64,000 nucleotides of DNA from Nymphaea colorata (taxonomy: Eukaryota). This document shows, piece after piece, positions 1 through 11,695 of the stretch. Location: positions 31,744,001 through 31,808,000 of the forward strand of contig NC_045138.2 in NCBI RefSeq assembly GCF_008831285.2. Reading direction: 5' to 3'. The notes beneath the pieces were generated by a model, which made no database searches, was not told the origin of the DNA, and worked only from the letters and a program-made list of their open reading frames with translations. Every line of letters starts with the position of its first letter. Positions within the stretch are counted from its first letter, which is position 1. The position numbers and the translations under genes are program-made.

Positions 1-960
1 CACAGAGGAATATCTAACAACAGCCGTATATCATCATGACTGAGTATGAGTGGAAATGCCCAACAGCAATAAAATGATTGTTCATTACGAAAACGCCACC
101 ACAAAAAAAATCCTTCAGAGACAAAATTAGCTACATTACATGAAAACTTCCACATTTACAAGCATGAAGTGTCCGTGTCCAACAAGTTTTCCACCAAAAC
201 TCCTGAGATGCTTAATTTGTTCTTATGATCCCCTTTGAGCCCCTCTTGATTAAAGAGAGCAAACCCATAGTTCCTTGCCTTTTCAATGTTTTTATTCTTA
301 TAATCATGAACTTGAGATACAGGATTTGATAACGGCCGGGAAGATACTAGATGGTAATGGTAGTCGGTAGCTTACTGGCCGATCCGGTCATTCCAGCAGC
401 TGACCCCCAGCCCATACATCTCTAATAAGTAATAACCCGATCAGACTAGACCGATTCAGAAGAAAAATAAAGAAACAAGCCTTCTTAGTCGTCTTGTCAA
501 CTCACCTAAATCGACACCAAAGAGTTTCATATGTCATCATCATCAAGATTTTATTAGCGAAAGAACAACTAGCGGCGACCTTTTTCCTTCTTAGGCAAAT
601 CTAAAGTCTAAACACTAAACTCCTAATTTTTTTTAAAAAAAAAAAACTCAAAAACGTTATAAATGCCAATATTGCGTGATATTCGCATCACAGGCGAAGT
701 CATATTTCTATCAGAAACCGATATTTGTGACTACAAACAACTGAAAAATGCTTTAATTAATCAAAGCGAAGTCTTTAGCGGAAATAAAGTAAGGTCTCCC
801 TCGCGTCCAAAGTTTCTCTGCTCATTCTGTTCACGTAATTCAAATACCAATTGCGATTGTACAACAAGTAAAGATGGACGGGAAAAGGAAAAGCAGTGGG
901 AAAACTTCGACATGTTCTCCTTCAGAAAATAATGAGTACGACAGGCTGAAGGAAATGTAC

Positions 961-1384
961 CTGAATCGGGAGAGAAAACAAGAGACGAAGCCGCTCCGCA
1001 GAACCCCAACCCTAGAAGCACGAAATCCCTCCGCGAATTCCCCCTGTCCGGCACCGACGACACGGAGGCTCGAACTCGAAGGCCACCTCCCTTGCTGACG
1101 AATCCTGGCCATGATTTTGCTCTCCGCGTAAACTCATTACTGTCTCCCGATCCAAAAGCGCATGCTCTGCATCGACGAAAACGACTTCCGTGAAGAAGAA
1201 GGAGAACAACAAGAAGTAGGAGGAGGAGGAGGAGGACTCTACGGGATTGAATTAAGAGCGGAAAACAAGTAGCAACTTAGCTTCGGTTGAGAAGATGATG
1301 GAATTACCTAGAGGAAGAGAGACTGAGTGGGAAACTTTGAGCCGAGCCGGGAGAGGGGCAGAGGAGATGGAGAGATGCCGCCAT
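961..1384 (-). CDS. 5' exons of a gene for a plastid-targeted thylakoid-lumen protein (Tat substrate; PsbP-domain PPD5-like, tentative); later exons not identified, gene probably continues off the left edge
   Basis: Exon 1384-1308 (ATG...TCTAG|GTAATT), intron ending in a pyrimidine tract and GCAG, exon 1166-961 (...TCAG|GTACAT). Spliced peptide MAASLHLLCPSPGSAQSFPLSLSSSRACAFGSGDSNEFTRRAKSWPGFVSKGGGLRVRASVSSVPDRGNSRRDFVLLGLGFCGAASSLVFSPDS: Ser/Arg-rich transit peptide, VRA cleavage-like motif, then SRRDFVL twin-Arg motif plus hydrophobic stretch. Confidence 0.6.
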
Positions 1385-1816
1385 TTTTCGCTTCGCAGGC
1401 TTGCAGCCGACGCTTCCGCCTCCTCCCGCTGGCGCGCTCCCGCTACTTGGGTTCTATCTCTGCAAAATTATGGCGGACAATCGCTCCGCATTTTTTCTAA
1501 TTAAATAATTTAAAGTACCGATCTACCCTTACTTAGGGAGCTAGAGAATCGGGTCCGACCCGACGCTAACGGATATTGTGTCTCAAAATTTTTTTAACCA
1601 AAACTGTCAAAAGGCAAAGGCAAATCTCATGTCAACCGTATTATATTTATTTTACGGGATGTTTGATAAGAAAAATATTGTGTTTTTGGAATATTATTTT
1701 CTTATACTAAATAAACCTAAATGGTCGAAGATTTATACAGAAATAATAGAGGAGAAAAATCGATCCATTTAACCTCCATAGCAATACTTTTAATCTCAAA
1801 ATCAACGTTAACTCAG

Positions 1817-2702
1817 TAGGCCTGGGCATTGGGCCGGACCGGCCCGCTACCCGGCCTGTTTATTAACGGTGAGGGTTAAGTCGGGTCCCGGGCCTCGTCA
1901 ACCACGTCTGAGGCCCGGCCCATTTTTTTTAACGGCATTTCCTCTGTTCATCACCGCCCTCTCCTGTCTCGCCACCCTCAACTCCCTCTCGTTCAATGCC
2001 TCCTCCTCCGTCGGTCCTAGGTCGGACCGGCAGCGGTGGTGCGGCAACGGTGGCAGACTGGTGGCCAGGGATTTACCAGTGGAAGTCTGTGTCTCTCCTT
2101 CGCGAGGGCAAGGGAAGAATGCCTCAGGAACAACAGAGTGGCGGCCGGAGATTTACTGATTCCGGCCGGCTCTGACCTTGGATCCGGTCGAGCTTGGGCT
2201 CATTGGAACCACAACATGCTATGTATCACGTCTGAGCACTTGGAAGGCGAGAGACCGAAGGAGGAAACGACGACAGACGGATGAACGGGTCTGCCGGAAA
2301 GTCACTCGCCTGGAAACAAAGAGCTGGTTCGAACTTCAAAACAGGTCGATTCATGCTCAAATCGACCTAAGCTTGCTCCAAGAGATCCACGGGATGATGG
2401 CGACGCTATCTGGTCTGTCGTTCGCCAAAGACCGCCGGAGCAAGCGCCGGAAAACAGTGAATCAGTGTACAGTTCTTTTTCTTTCCAATCGAAAACCCTA
2501 AATCCCTTTCACAAAAATCGAAGGTCGATTGTCTAACTTTCGAGTTAACGGGCCGAACGGGTCCCAACGAGCCAATTTGTTTAACCCGGACCGGCCGATT
2601 ACGATGTTGGGCCGAGCCAGGCACAATGGGCTAAAGCCCGATACTGTAGATACTGAACTCGGACCGGGCCGGGTACCCGGCCCGACCCAGCGCCCAGGCC
2701 TG
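1817..2702. mobile_element. Non-autonomous DNA element (GGCCCG-rich hAT-like family) with a ~700-bp GC-rich interior
   Basis: Termini TAGGCCTGGGC...GCCCAGGCCTG are inverted repeats; subterminal GGCCCG/CGGGCC clusters at both ends; TSD not convincing (taactcag/gacttaag). Confidence 0.6.
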
Positions 2703-3141
2703 GACTTAAGAATAGCATCTTTCAAAACTCGAACTAAGGACATGGTTATCACACACTACGTAGCCCGACCGATTGCATTGCTTTAATTTAGTTAACAAGT
2801 ACTTCTTAGATATGTGCATTCTTCAACTATCTTTCCGTAGTTATTTTAACCACGATTAGCAGCTTATTGTAGATATGTAGTCAGTAGGATATGGGTATAT
2901 CATTATTTGATTCATATATTCATTTTTAATTAAGTTTGAATTAAGCAAAAGGTAGGAATGAGTTTGTTAACGGTCATGTGGTGTCCATGAATGTTTCAAT
3001 GATTCACAAAGCAGCAATGAATTGAAAAAAAAAACTTTATTTTAAAATTTCATGTACTAATGAAGTATTGAAAATCATATGATATACACAACATTTTCCT
3101 TTCATATAAAAAATCGCTTGTCTTTGCTGGTGACAAGTAGT

Positions 3142-4557
3142 TCAAGAGGGCAGATGACATTCAACTTCATCGCCTTCAGTGCTTGCGTTCATCATGAGAC
3201 ACTGCTTGAACTCTGGCACGGACCAGTTAGGCAAGCAGATGCAGACTATGACCGAGCCCGGGCTCAGGCTCGGACATGCACCCTCTTGAACCGGCAAGAA
3301 TAAGCACAATTGTGGCGTTGGCAGCAGGTCAGCAGGTCCAGCGTACCTAGGCTTGCCCCACCCGAAGTCTGCACCCTCATACAATGAGAACCTTGTCCAT
3401 GTCGTTATGGTCAACTTTCCGGCGAACTCGAGCTTGGGTCGAACCAACTCGATGTAATCAATCATCGAACGTATGTACTCCTCATTGACCGCGAGCCTAG
3501 CCGCCCTGACCAGCCCAGCCACATGCTCCAGCGGTTGGTCAATTAGCTCAGCTACTGTGCATTTGGAGCAGGCCACACCAATCACATTGCCATAGTATCC
3601 TCTTTTCAGCGGTGGATCACTGAGCTTGTCCCTAGCGTTGACCGAAACGGTCAAACGCATCGACTGGGACCTAGGGCACAGACGCAGCGCTTTGACCCAG
3701 CACTGCCATACATGTGCTGCTAATGCATCAAAGGTGGTGAAGTCGGCCTGGCCACGGGCTTGGACACGGTGCTTGAGCTGGGCCTGGAAGTGGGCATCAA
3801 TGAGGAAGCATTTCTGGACGAGCCCAGCTGGGCTCAGGGCTGAGCCAAGATTAGAGATGTCATCAATGTGGGCGAACTCATGGTGGAGGTACCTTACCCT
3901 GGGTGGTGCCCTAGGCTTCAATGATTCTCTATCCCAAACAGGAGCCAAGATGCTGCTGGTGGGGTCTCTGGCTGCCTGAGCCCAGGCGCTCACAAACTGC
4001 ATAGCCCCAACACCATCACAAAGACAATGGCATAGGCGCAAGCCCAGGCTGAACCCACCACATCCAAAAAAGGTTACCTGGGCTATGACTAGAGGCATGC
4101 CTATGACCTCATAGGGACCCTCCGCCGGAAACCGGTGGATCAGCTGGGCCCATGCCGGGTTCGGAACGTTGAGCTCACCCAGTTCATCAATTGTTATACT
4201 AGTACGTGCCTTCACAAATAGTGCACTCTTGCCAGCCGGGAAGTAAACCTCTAGCTTGCCATTTCCGGCGTCCCTGAGCCGGCCGGAAAATGGGTAGTAT
4301 GGAACAAGAACCCTAGCAAGCGCATCATGCATGACTCTTCCGACCGGCAATTTTTTCGCGGCCGGATCGTCGCAGGGATAGAAGTAGACCGTCGGGGTGA
4401 AGATGCAGGAGCCAACCATGTCGTCGAGGTTAGAGAGGTAGAGATGGTCAGTGGGGCTGACCGGAACCGGGCCGGCGGGGAAGACTGGCTCAATGGCATC
4501 AATGGTTATGGGGATGTCCACATGAGTGAAGTGTAGATCTTGTATGTGAGAAGCCAT
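3142..4557 (-). CDS. BAHD (HXXXD-type) acyl-CoA acyltransferase, intronless, 471 aa; probably lipid-polyester/hydroxycinnamoyl-transferase-like
   Basis: Uninterrupted ORF with LYLSNLDD, PYYPFSGRL, catalytic HCLCDG (HXXXD), GYYGN and DFGWGKP motifs. Confidence 0.95.
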   Translation of the reverse strand: MASHIQDLHFTHVDIPITIDAIEPVFPAGPVPVSPTDHLYLSNLDDMVGSCIFTPTVYFYPCDDPAAKKLPVGRVMHDALARVLVPYYPFSGRLRDAGNGKLEVYFPAGKSALFVKARTSITIDELGELNVPNPAWAQLIHRFPAEGPYEVIGMPLVIAQVTFFGCGGFSLGLRLCHCLCDGVGAMQFVSAWAQAARDPTSSILAPVWDRESLKPRAPPRVRYLHHEFAHIDDISNLGSALSPAGLVQKCFLIDAHFQAQLKHRVQARGQADFTTFDALAAHVWQCWVKALRLCPRSQSMRLTVSVNARDKLSDPPLKRGYYGNVIGVACSKCTVAELIDQPLEHVAGLVRAARLAVNEEYIRSMIDYIELVRPKLEFAGKLTITTWTRFSLYEGADFGWGKPRYAGPADLLPTPQLCLFLPVQEGACPSLSPGSVIVCICLPNWSVPEFKQCLMMNASTEGDEVECHLPS

Positions 4558-4968
4558 TGGAGTTCTGCAAGTTTCTGGTCTGCAAAAGCCTTAATATAGG
4601 AAGATACATAAACTTTTGAGTGCCCATAACAGTGAAAAATGAACAGTGGTAGGTTGGATTCAGTTGGTGAAGGATCTTTCCATGACGTTCAAAAAGAAAG
4701 CACACATATGATTTAGAATTGAAGTAAACACGATCAAGATTACGAAGTTTTGGTGCTTAACATCCTAATATGGTAAGGTTGGAACTAAAGTTGCTTATGT
4801 GAACAACGAAATTGCAACATTTGCATGCCAATAAGAAATTTCATTCACCTGGTAGTAAGAACTTTCAAGATTCTCAAGTTCAAGGAGCAGAAGAATTTGA
4901 ACTCCAATTTTAGCATAATATATATAGCCTGTTAGTGACAAATAATTTTGTATGTTAGCTAACTTAGT

Positions 4969-5236
4969 TAGGGGTGGGCGCTGGCCCGGCCACTGGCGGG
5001 GGCCCGGTACCTAACCTGGTACAGCCCGAATCGGCCGGATGGGGGCTCAATTCGGTCCGACTAATTTTTAATTTTTTTATTATTAATAATATGTGTTTTA
5101 TTATTAAAAATATACTTTATATTTTAAAAAATAATTTTTTTAGCCAGGCTGGGCCTGGTCGAGCCTGGGTTTCAAGGGCCCGGGCCCGGGTGCAACTTTC
5201 GGACATCGGGCGGGCCCTGCCCAGTGCCCACCCCTA
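4969..5236. mobile_element. hAT-type MITE (268 bp), about 400 bp upstream of the BAHD ATG
   Basis: TIR TAGGGGTGGGC...GCCCACCCCTA; perfect 8-bp TSD AACTTAGT at 4961-4968 and 5237-5244; AT-rich core. Confidence 0.9.
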
Positions 5237-5311
5237 AACTTAGTCTATTTAGTTATAACGGAGTCGGCCTAAGAATACAATGTGGACCATAATGAGATTA
5301 TGTATTGCTTT

Positions 5312-5504
5312 CAGTGGCGGCGCGAAAGGGGCCTCGCATGGACCCTTGCTCCACTTTAATTTTTTTTAAAAAAAATTACATATAAATTTTAAAAAAATTT
5401 AGTTGTCTTATATAAAAATTTTGAAAAATGATATTTCGACTCGTGTCAAAATTTAGAAACTTTAATTTGACCCCTTTCGTGAAAAAAAACTGACTTCGCC
5501 GCTA
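5312..5504. mobile_element. hAT-type MITE (CAGTGGCGG family)
   Basis: Imperfect TIR CAGTGGCG...CGCCGCTA; perfect 8-bp TSD ATTGCTTT at 5304-5311 and 5505-5512; related copies at ~8852-9579, ~12660-12800, 49571-49758, ~51320-51420. Confidence 0.85.
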
Positions 5505-5651
5505 ATTGCTTTCATTTTATTTAAGGAAAATAGGAAGAATACTGACTGTTCCACTATGTCAGATTGGATACGGAAAATACATAGAAGAGAAAAAATATGT
5601 GGGCAATAGTTATTCATATTGAATTGCAAATACATAAACCATAGAATCATT

Positions 5652-5793
<142 letters not shown>

Positions 5794-6315
5794 AGTCCAA
5801 TCGATTTTTGTTTTTAACATTTTGCATTTTTGCAATCTGCCGTATAAATGTGATTTTTACATGCAAAATATCAAAAATTTATAGAAAAACTTGTACTTTT
5901 ATAAATTGGTAAATAAGATTTTAAAATCAATAGTTAAAATTTTTGGGTATCTAGCTGAAAGTTCTTTTTACGTATCAAAGAAACATGACTTTCAGTTTCA
6001 TGACAGTTCGTATCCATTGATTTGCAGCTCATATCTGCGCGATATTTTAAAAGAACCATTAAAAATGCAAGCTCTGGTCGTCTCGGTCCCGAAATGCCGA
6101 TGAATTTCCTGCGTGTAAATTAATTGCAGGCTCTATGTTGATTAAGAATATGGAATAACAAATGGAGCATTTGGGGATGCCACAGCCTAACAAGCATGGA
6201 TCCTTTTCCCTTTCCTTGGTTGATCCTGCAGCTGAGTCCCTAAGAAGGAGCTTATTGCCATTTTTTTGTGGAGATGGTTGTTAATCTCTTTGGCACATGA
6301 TCGTCGTTTCTCAAG

Positions 6316-6601
6316 TAGAGTTGTACAAGGTCAGCTTCTGCTTGACTTGATAGACTGAGTCCTGGCTCGAGCTCGACTCATTTATTTAACCTTGATCTTT
6401 CTTTTTTCTGTTTTAATTTTAAAAACTGAAAAAAAAACCTAAATAAACGAGCTTACTCGAATTTAATCAAGTTGAGTTCATGTTACTTGAACTCGACCCG
6501 TTATAAGCTTGAGTTTTCAGTTATGCTCGAGCTAATGAGTCGAGCTTAACTGGACGAGTTTGAGGCAAACTCGAGTTCCTTGGACTCATTGTACGGCTCT
6601 A
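6316..6601. mobile_element. Degenerate MITE, GAGCTCGA-rich family
   Basis: Termini TAGAGTTGTACAA...TTGTACGGCTCTA; many CTCGAG/GAGCTC subrepeats like the 9023 element; no TSD. Confidence 0.6.
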
Positions 6602-6634
6602 GTTTGGAGGGCAGATGATTAACTCCGCAAAGGC

Positions 6635-6708
<74 letters not shown>

Positions 6709-8099
6709 ATAAAAAACTGTCCCTAAATGCGCCATGCATAGTTGTTAAAAGCATTGTTCTATCTTAAAACATCACCAATTTTTAGTGACAGATTTAATTA
6801 TCTTACATCCAGTACGCTAATATATATATATATACACACAACACACACACTTAGAAGTTGCTTGGTAAGAATAATACTACATGTTCTTAATCACATGTTT
6901 TAGAATACTGCTCCAAAAACATAATGTAATTTTGTCTAATGTTTGAGGAGGCGACTTGAGTATTATAGCGTTCTACTTGCCATTGGCCAAATGTCCTAAT
7001 CAATTAACGATAGGTCGCAACTATTACTATTCGTTGTCAGTTGATTATGACTTTCCACCATCATAAATACAATGTCATAATAATTTATATTATGAGCCAC
7101 ATATAGGCTGATGTGGGCAATTGCCCGCACCAACTTCTCAATTTGTATATTGAAGGCCGCTTAATATTTACTTTGTTATATATATATAATTGTCCCTTCA
7201 CATATAAAAACATGTGAATCAGTGTCCTTCCAAAAAAAATTTCTAGCTCTGCCGATAGATCGAACCATTTGAGAAGCCCTTAGAGTGGGCCTGAAGCGCC
7301 CTTGTCCTTCACAAGGCCCATCAAAGCTATTTATTGCCTCTTTGCTAAAAAATTTTGGTGCTATATGAAACACTTAAAATGTTAAGTTTCGTATTTAAAA
7401 TTGTGAAGAATATTAAAAGATTTATAAAAAAAAGTCTGTTAAGTGATTCAGTGTCTTGGTTAAACTGAAATTGCTAAGGTACGGATTGGGATTCAATGCA
7501 TTATTGACTCAAGCCTCAAAGGGTTAGGTCACTACATTATCATTAATTTTAGTATCATTTGTTTTCTAATTAATTTTTGCTTTTGCATTTTTATTTTCTT
7601 AATTTTTTTTTATTTAACTAATGGATCACACGCACGCACACACAATCATTGGCAAATTTGTGGCAGTTAGCAGCTAATCAGGGATGTATTACCTATGCCA
7701 ATGCATATAATTGTATAATTGTATACATATTAGAGACTTGGCTCGATCTGATTAAAATAAAACATATTCTTAATATTATATAATATAGAAATATAATTAG
7801 TTATAATAGAATATGTATCATTGTATAATTGCATACATATTTAAATAAATAATATTCGAAAATAAGATATCGGGCTGGTGCCCACCCACTCAGCAGACCT
7901 TTCTTCGCAGTTTTATATTTAATTCTTATTTTCTAAAACCAAAATCAGATTCGACTAGTGTAAAATCCAATATTTATATGCAATCTAGTTAGGACCTTTG
8001 TTGGATCCCAGTTTGATATCAGATCGAATTCAGGTTTTTTTTTGTCAAACTGCAAGCTGAATCCAAATCCTAATGAATTCATTGTTTTTTTTTTTCTTT

Positions 8100-8612
8100 T
8101 CACCAGATTCGTTAAGTGGGACATATCCGCTTTTTCGTATGTTCACATATTCGGATTCGAATTCGAATAAAGAAAAGTCATATCCAAATTAAATCTGAAA
8201 TATGATTTTACAATCTCAATTCAATCCAAATCCGATTTTTATATTTATGTGTGAATCCGAATATAAATCCGAATTTTGAACCTCATTTTGCCAATTTTCA
8301 AAATGTAATGGCATTAGATAAAAGATATTTATTTAAAAATAAATCTGGTCTGAATCTGATCGGATATTTATATATATCTGAATTCGAATCTAATCGGATG
8401 CCATTTATTAAATTTGAATCTCATCCAATTTCTATTAGATAAAAGATATTTATTTAAAAATAAATCTGATCTGAATCCGATCGGATATTTATATATATCT
8501 GAATTCGAATCTAATCGGATGTCATTTATTAAATTTGAATCTCATCCAATTTCTTAATCGGATATTAAAATTTGTTTCTATATCCAATTCAAATCGGATA
8601 GATTGACATCCC
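8100..8612. mobile_element. ATCCGA-rich MITE remnant (TAGGGATGTCAA family) with an internal ~121-bp tandem duplication
   Basis: 3' end TTGACATCCC; near-identical units start at 8313 and 8434; similar to 9805-10212. Confidence 0.7.
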
Positions 8613-8851
8613 AAATTTTATAGCCCATTCATTATCACGATTATAGACTTGTGTTTTTTTTTTTTATGTTCCTGGTCCTTTAAGCTACATGCTTGTTACT
8701 GTTCTTCACCTTTCACAAACTTAGCCAACTGAGAGCATGCTTCACCTTGCATGCAGTTAGTGTGCTTCGCGGCTTAGCCCCACACACAAACTTAGCAACT
8801 AAATGTTAAATGAATCGTTGCATGTAAATTATTGTGTACTCGAGTTACATC

Positions 8852-9579
8852 AAGGGGTGGAGTCAGAAATTTTTCATGAAAGAAAGAGGCCGAATTAAAT
8901 TTTTTAAATTTTGATTAATGCTGAAATATCATTTTTCAAAAATTTTATATAGAACAAGTAAAATTTTATAGATTTACATGTAGATTTTTCAAAAAAAAAT
9001 TGAGGCGAGGCGAGGGCCCATGTAGGGCTGCACAACGAGCCAAGCCAACTTGGGTTTGACTTGAACTCACTCGACTCGAGCTCTACTCATTTACAAACAA
9101 GCCGATTTCGAGCTTACAAAGATGCTCAAAACGATAAATGAGTCGAGTTTCAAGAACTCAACTCGTTTATACTAGACTCAACTCACAAACGGGTACTCTA
9201 TATAATATTACCAAAACCGATTTCACAAGTTAAACGAGTTAACATTTACAGAGTTGAACAAGTTAATGCTTACATGAGTTAACGTTAAACGAGTTAACGA
9301 ATAAACAAGTTACATGGGTTAAACGAGTTAACAAATAAACACGTTACATGGGTTAAACGAGTTAACGAATAAACAAGTTACATGGGTTAAACGAGTCGGG
9401 TTTGAGCTCGATTTTGTGTAGTCGAGTCAAGTTCGAGCTTGCTATAAGGAGCTCGAGTCGAGTTCAAGCTGAGCTCACGTTTTTTGAGCCGAGTCAAGCT
9501 CCAGCTAGCCAAACTCGGGCTCAACTCGGCTCGTGTGCAGCCCTAAGCCCACACGGGCCCTACCCTGGCTCCGCCCATA
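8852..9579. mobile_element. CAGGGGCGGAGC-family MITE interrupted by a nested element
   Basis: Start AAGGGGTGGAGTCAG and end CTGGCTCCGCCCATA; body matches 5312-5504 and 49571-49758 once 9023-9545 is removed. Confidence 0.7.
9023..9545. mobile_element. GAGCTCGA-rich hAT-type MITE nested in the 8852-9579 element
   Basis: Perfect 12-bp TIR TAGGGCTGCACA...TGTGCAGCCCTA; decayed TSD ggcccatg/agcccaca; three tandem 34-bp units at 9284-9385. Confidence 0.85.
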
Positions 9580-9804
9580 GACTTGCATGGCCTTTCTTCC
9601 TTTGTATCCTTTTATGCACTGCTAACACATTGAATGTCACAAACTTAGCAGGACAAAACTTGAGATTTGAAAATAACTCTCATGATTGAGGAGGTGATGA
9701 TCCGCAGAAGGACAAGCCAATGGAAGACCATCAGAATAGCATTTCTCATCAAATTATCCAAACCATATTGCTGTTTAGGAAGACTTTGCAGCATAAGTGC
9801 TTAT

Positions 9805-10212
9805 TAGTGACGTCAACGGATCGGATGTATCATTAATCATATCTGCTTTTTCGGATATTCACATATTTGGATTCGAATTCCGAATCAGATTCGAATAAAA
9901 AAAGTTACATCCAAATCTGAAATCTGATTTTACAATCTGAATCTGGTTTTAAATTCGAATTTTGAACCAAATTTTGCTAATTTTCAATATTTAATAGCAT
10001 TAGATGCATGGTATTTATTTAAAAATGAATTTGATCCGTGTTTGAATCCAATCGGATATTTATATATATCCGAATCCGAATCCGATCGGATGCCATTTAT
10101 GAAATGAATTTGATCTGATTTTCTTAATTTGATATTTTTTTTTTTCATATGTGATTTTCTCTAATCGATTCGATTGGATATCCCATTCAAATTGAATATA
10201 TTGACATCCCTA
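9805..10212. mobile_element. ATCCGA-rich MITE (TAGGGATGTCAA family)
   Basis: TIR TAGTGACGTCAA...TTGACATCCCTA; dense ATCCGA/TCGGAT subrepeats; relatives at 12988-13320, ~56040-56492, 58493-58762. Confidence 0.8.
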
Positions 10213-10453
10213 GTACACACCACAGGTTCCATTTTTTATAATTGATAATATGCCCCGGCTCTATACTTAATAATTTTCTTTACATAAAGACAACGATAGG
10301 GATAAAGAAGAATCAATTTTATTTATTATGAGGTTTGTCACAGCATACAAAGGTCCATTTTAAAATTCCTTGAACTCTATTTTTTAAGAAAAAATTGTCT
10401 AATAACATTCCATTATTGACATGACAAACCACGCTAGGATGGGTTTGGTGTTG

Positions 10454-10812
10454 TATGTCACATGGGTGCGGGCATGATGCGGGTTTAGATACGGTAATTT
10501 TGAAAATTGTAGGTACGAGAGTACGACAAATATTATATTCTCAAAAATGATAAAAGAAAAAAAAATGTTAATAGATTACACTTTGTGTTATAATCCAGAA
10601 AATTTCTCAAAATTAAAGAAACATGAAAGAAAAATATAAAATCTTAATGGAAGGAAAATAAAAGAAGGGAAAAATCAAAATTAGAGAAAAATTAAGTTTC
10701 AAAATATAATTTTAAATGTTTTAAAATACAGTCTTGCCCAATTATACCCATGTACCCATGTCGCTGTACCCACATACTCATGTCACACATTACACATACT
10801 CATGTCACACAG
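10454..10812. mobile_element. Degenerate TACCCG/GTCACAT-family MITE
   Basis: Starts GTATGTCACATGGGT, ends with repeated TACCCATGT/ACTCATGTCACAC; related to 46810-47247. Confidence 0.55.
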
Positions 10813-11426
10813 TATTTCATACTTTCAGGTTGGTGGCAATTACTATTTTTTACTGTTTCAATTTAGTTGGCACATATTTCTTTAATTTAGATTCTAATTA
10901 GCCTGGCGTGCTTGCAAATATTCATAGAGAATCGCGCATGCATGCACGCACGTAAGAAATTGTATATGAAATTTCTTCTTGAAGGATGAATAATAAAATG
11001 AATCCCATTGGTGTATAAATATGATTCTTATGAGTCATCAAGCTCTCTTGTATTGCAAGTTTGCTGATTTTAAAAGCACTTGAAATTGCTAATTTCAATT
11101 TGTATTTCGAAGAAATTTGAGGCTGGTTTTAGCCATATTCCACTATTTCAGAGGGGCACTTTTATAAAACTTAATTTTTCAAACTCTACTTTTATCCTGG
11201 TAGAGGGGTTTGCCTGGTTTAAACATTAAAAGTCATTTTTGTTCTTTTCAACCCCGAACACTCTGTCCCATATTAGGAAGCATAATTTTGCTCTGGAATC
11301 AATTCAAGCGACGCCTTTTGCCCATAACCCAAAAAAGAGCCTCATGTTTTTTTTTTTTTTGAAAATTTGAGTATTGAAAGCTTTTTGTTGGCCAACTATC
11401 AACAGCTAGTCGGTATTGGCTGGCGG

Positions 11427-11695
11427 TAAGCTTGGGCATCAGGCCAGGCCGGCTTGGGTGAGCTCAATAATACTTTTTTAATATATATTTTATTAATTTT
11501 TTATATATAATTATAATATTATTATTTTTAATATTTATATATTATTTTATATTAAAAATAAATATTTTATAATTTAATAGGTCGAGCTTGGGTTTCAGGT
11601 GTCGGGGCGGGCCCGAGCCTAGGTTTTAGGTGTTGATCCAATCTGAGCCTGACTTCTTATCGGGCTAGGCCAAGCCGGCCTGATGACCAAGCTTA
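11427..11695. mobile_element. hAT-type MITE (269 bp)
   Basis: TIR TAAGCTTGGGCATCAGGCC...GGCCTGATGACCAAGCTTA; perfect 8-bp TSD GCTGGCGG at 11419-11426 and 11696-11703. Confidence 0.9.

Noticed and set aside
530..553. miR172-like sequence on the minus strand (AAAATCTTGATGATGATGACAT)
   Set aside because: Several mismatches, low-complexity (GAT)n core and no complementary arm nearby.
1869..2786. Cluster of 70-107-aa ORFs
   Set aside because: Lie inside a GC-rich non-autonomous element; no transposase or other domain visible.
9284..9395. 34-bp repeats of CRISPR-like length
   Set aside because: Head-to-tail with no spacers, inside a MITE in eukaryotic DNA.
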